DNA of 64,000 nucleotides from the human T2T-CHM13v2.0 reference genome, Homo sapiens: NCBI GenBank assembly GCA_009914755.4, contig CP086569.2, positions 23,520,001 to 23,584,000 of the forward strand, read 5' to 3'. Shown piece by piece: positions 63,433 to 64,000 of this stretch (position 1 is its first letter; each line of letters starts with the position of its first letter). The notes under the pieces were generated by a model. It saw only the letters and a program-made list of their open reading frames with translations, ran no database searches and was not told where the DNA came from. The position numbers and the translations under genes were made by a program.

Positions 63433-64000
63433 TCTGTTTATTTTGTAGAGTGGCAAATGACTTCGTGCTAAAGATTTTGCCATGAAGGCTAGTTTCTTCA
63501 TCGTTTGAGAACTGGGCAATATTTACTTGTTTTATTTTGCGCTTTATATTATCTAACTGGTCTGTTTATATTAAACATGTACAAGTGTACATGTGTGTTG
63601 CTGCATGACTATCAATATAAAATCCCTACTGACAAATTTCCTTGTACATTAGGAAACTAGGAGTGCAGAAGAAAGTTATCTGAAACAATATTTAATAGCA
63701 AAATGTAAGAAATCACCTAAATGTGCACACAAAAAAGAGCCGATAGAAAAAAGAGCACCCACAGTGGATATCATTAATACTAATGTTAAATTTAAACTAG
63801 TTACATTAAATTGCATACAAATGTAGTAAAAGTATATGGACACTCACGGTAATAAAAATGACCAAATTTTACTTAGTTTTACTTTCAAATATAGAGGCTA
63901 ACGTGGTAGTTTACTTTAAATTGTATATAGTATAAACAAGCAAGTTCAGCTTTGTTACTGGAAATAGCAATAATGCTGAGATAAGTAAATTCTAACAGGT

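Overview
This window is human (primate) nuclear DNA, not a prokaryotic locus. It is AT-rich and dense with transposable elements, and I cannot support any bacterial-style CDS, operon, CRISPR array, rRNA or tRNA gene. Almost every ORF in the six-frame track is spurious: translated Alu sequence, microsatellites, or GC-rich LTR sequence that lacks stop codons. Only retroelement coding remnants can be defended as ORFs. Identifiable content: (1) at least 17 Alu copies or fragments in both orientations. (2) Three L1 fragments: a minus-strand 3'-end piece at about 13.4 kb; an ORF2 piece at 17.7-18.57 kb; and a 2.5-kb 5'-truncated L1 with ORF2 C-terminus, 3'UTR and A-tail at 31.8-34.3 kb. (3) A roughly 9.6-kb HERV-K-like (class II, betaretrovirus-like) provirus at about 18.6-28.2 kb. 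Gag (two CCHC knuckles), dUTPase-like, protease (DTG), RT (MDD core), RNase H, integrase and Env (RHKR furin site plus fusion peptide) are all recognisable. It lacks its 5' LTR and leader and abuts an internally truncated L1. (4) A 1.57-kb ERV9/LTR12-type solo LTR at 23984-25549, with CCAAT/GATA-box tandem U3 repeats, inserted into the integrase/env overlap of that provirus and flanked by a 4-bp GTGT target-site duplication. Removing the insert restores the integrase reading frame. (5) Two related LTR copies at 39.8 kb and 47.8 kb, same orientation; the first is followed 2 bp later by a tRNA-Phe/His-like primer-binding site, suggesting a degraded class I ERV. (6) A candidate solo LTR with TATA box, AATAAA and a duplicated enhancer-like motif at about 16.4-17.1 kb. 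(7) A palindromic, MITE-like DNA-transposon relic at about 14.1-14.6 kb. (8) Numerous microsatellites (GGAA-rich purine tract, GT, CA, CT, CAA, AAAAC) and small tandem duplications. The things most worth a second look are retroelement nesting and rearrangement events and repeat architectures, not a novel cellular system. I say so plainly rather than inventing one.
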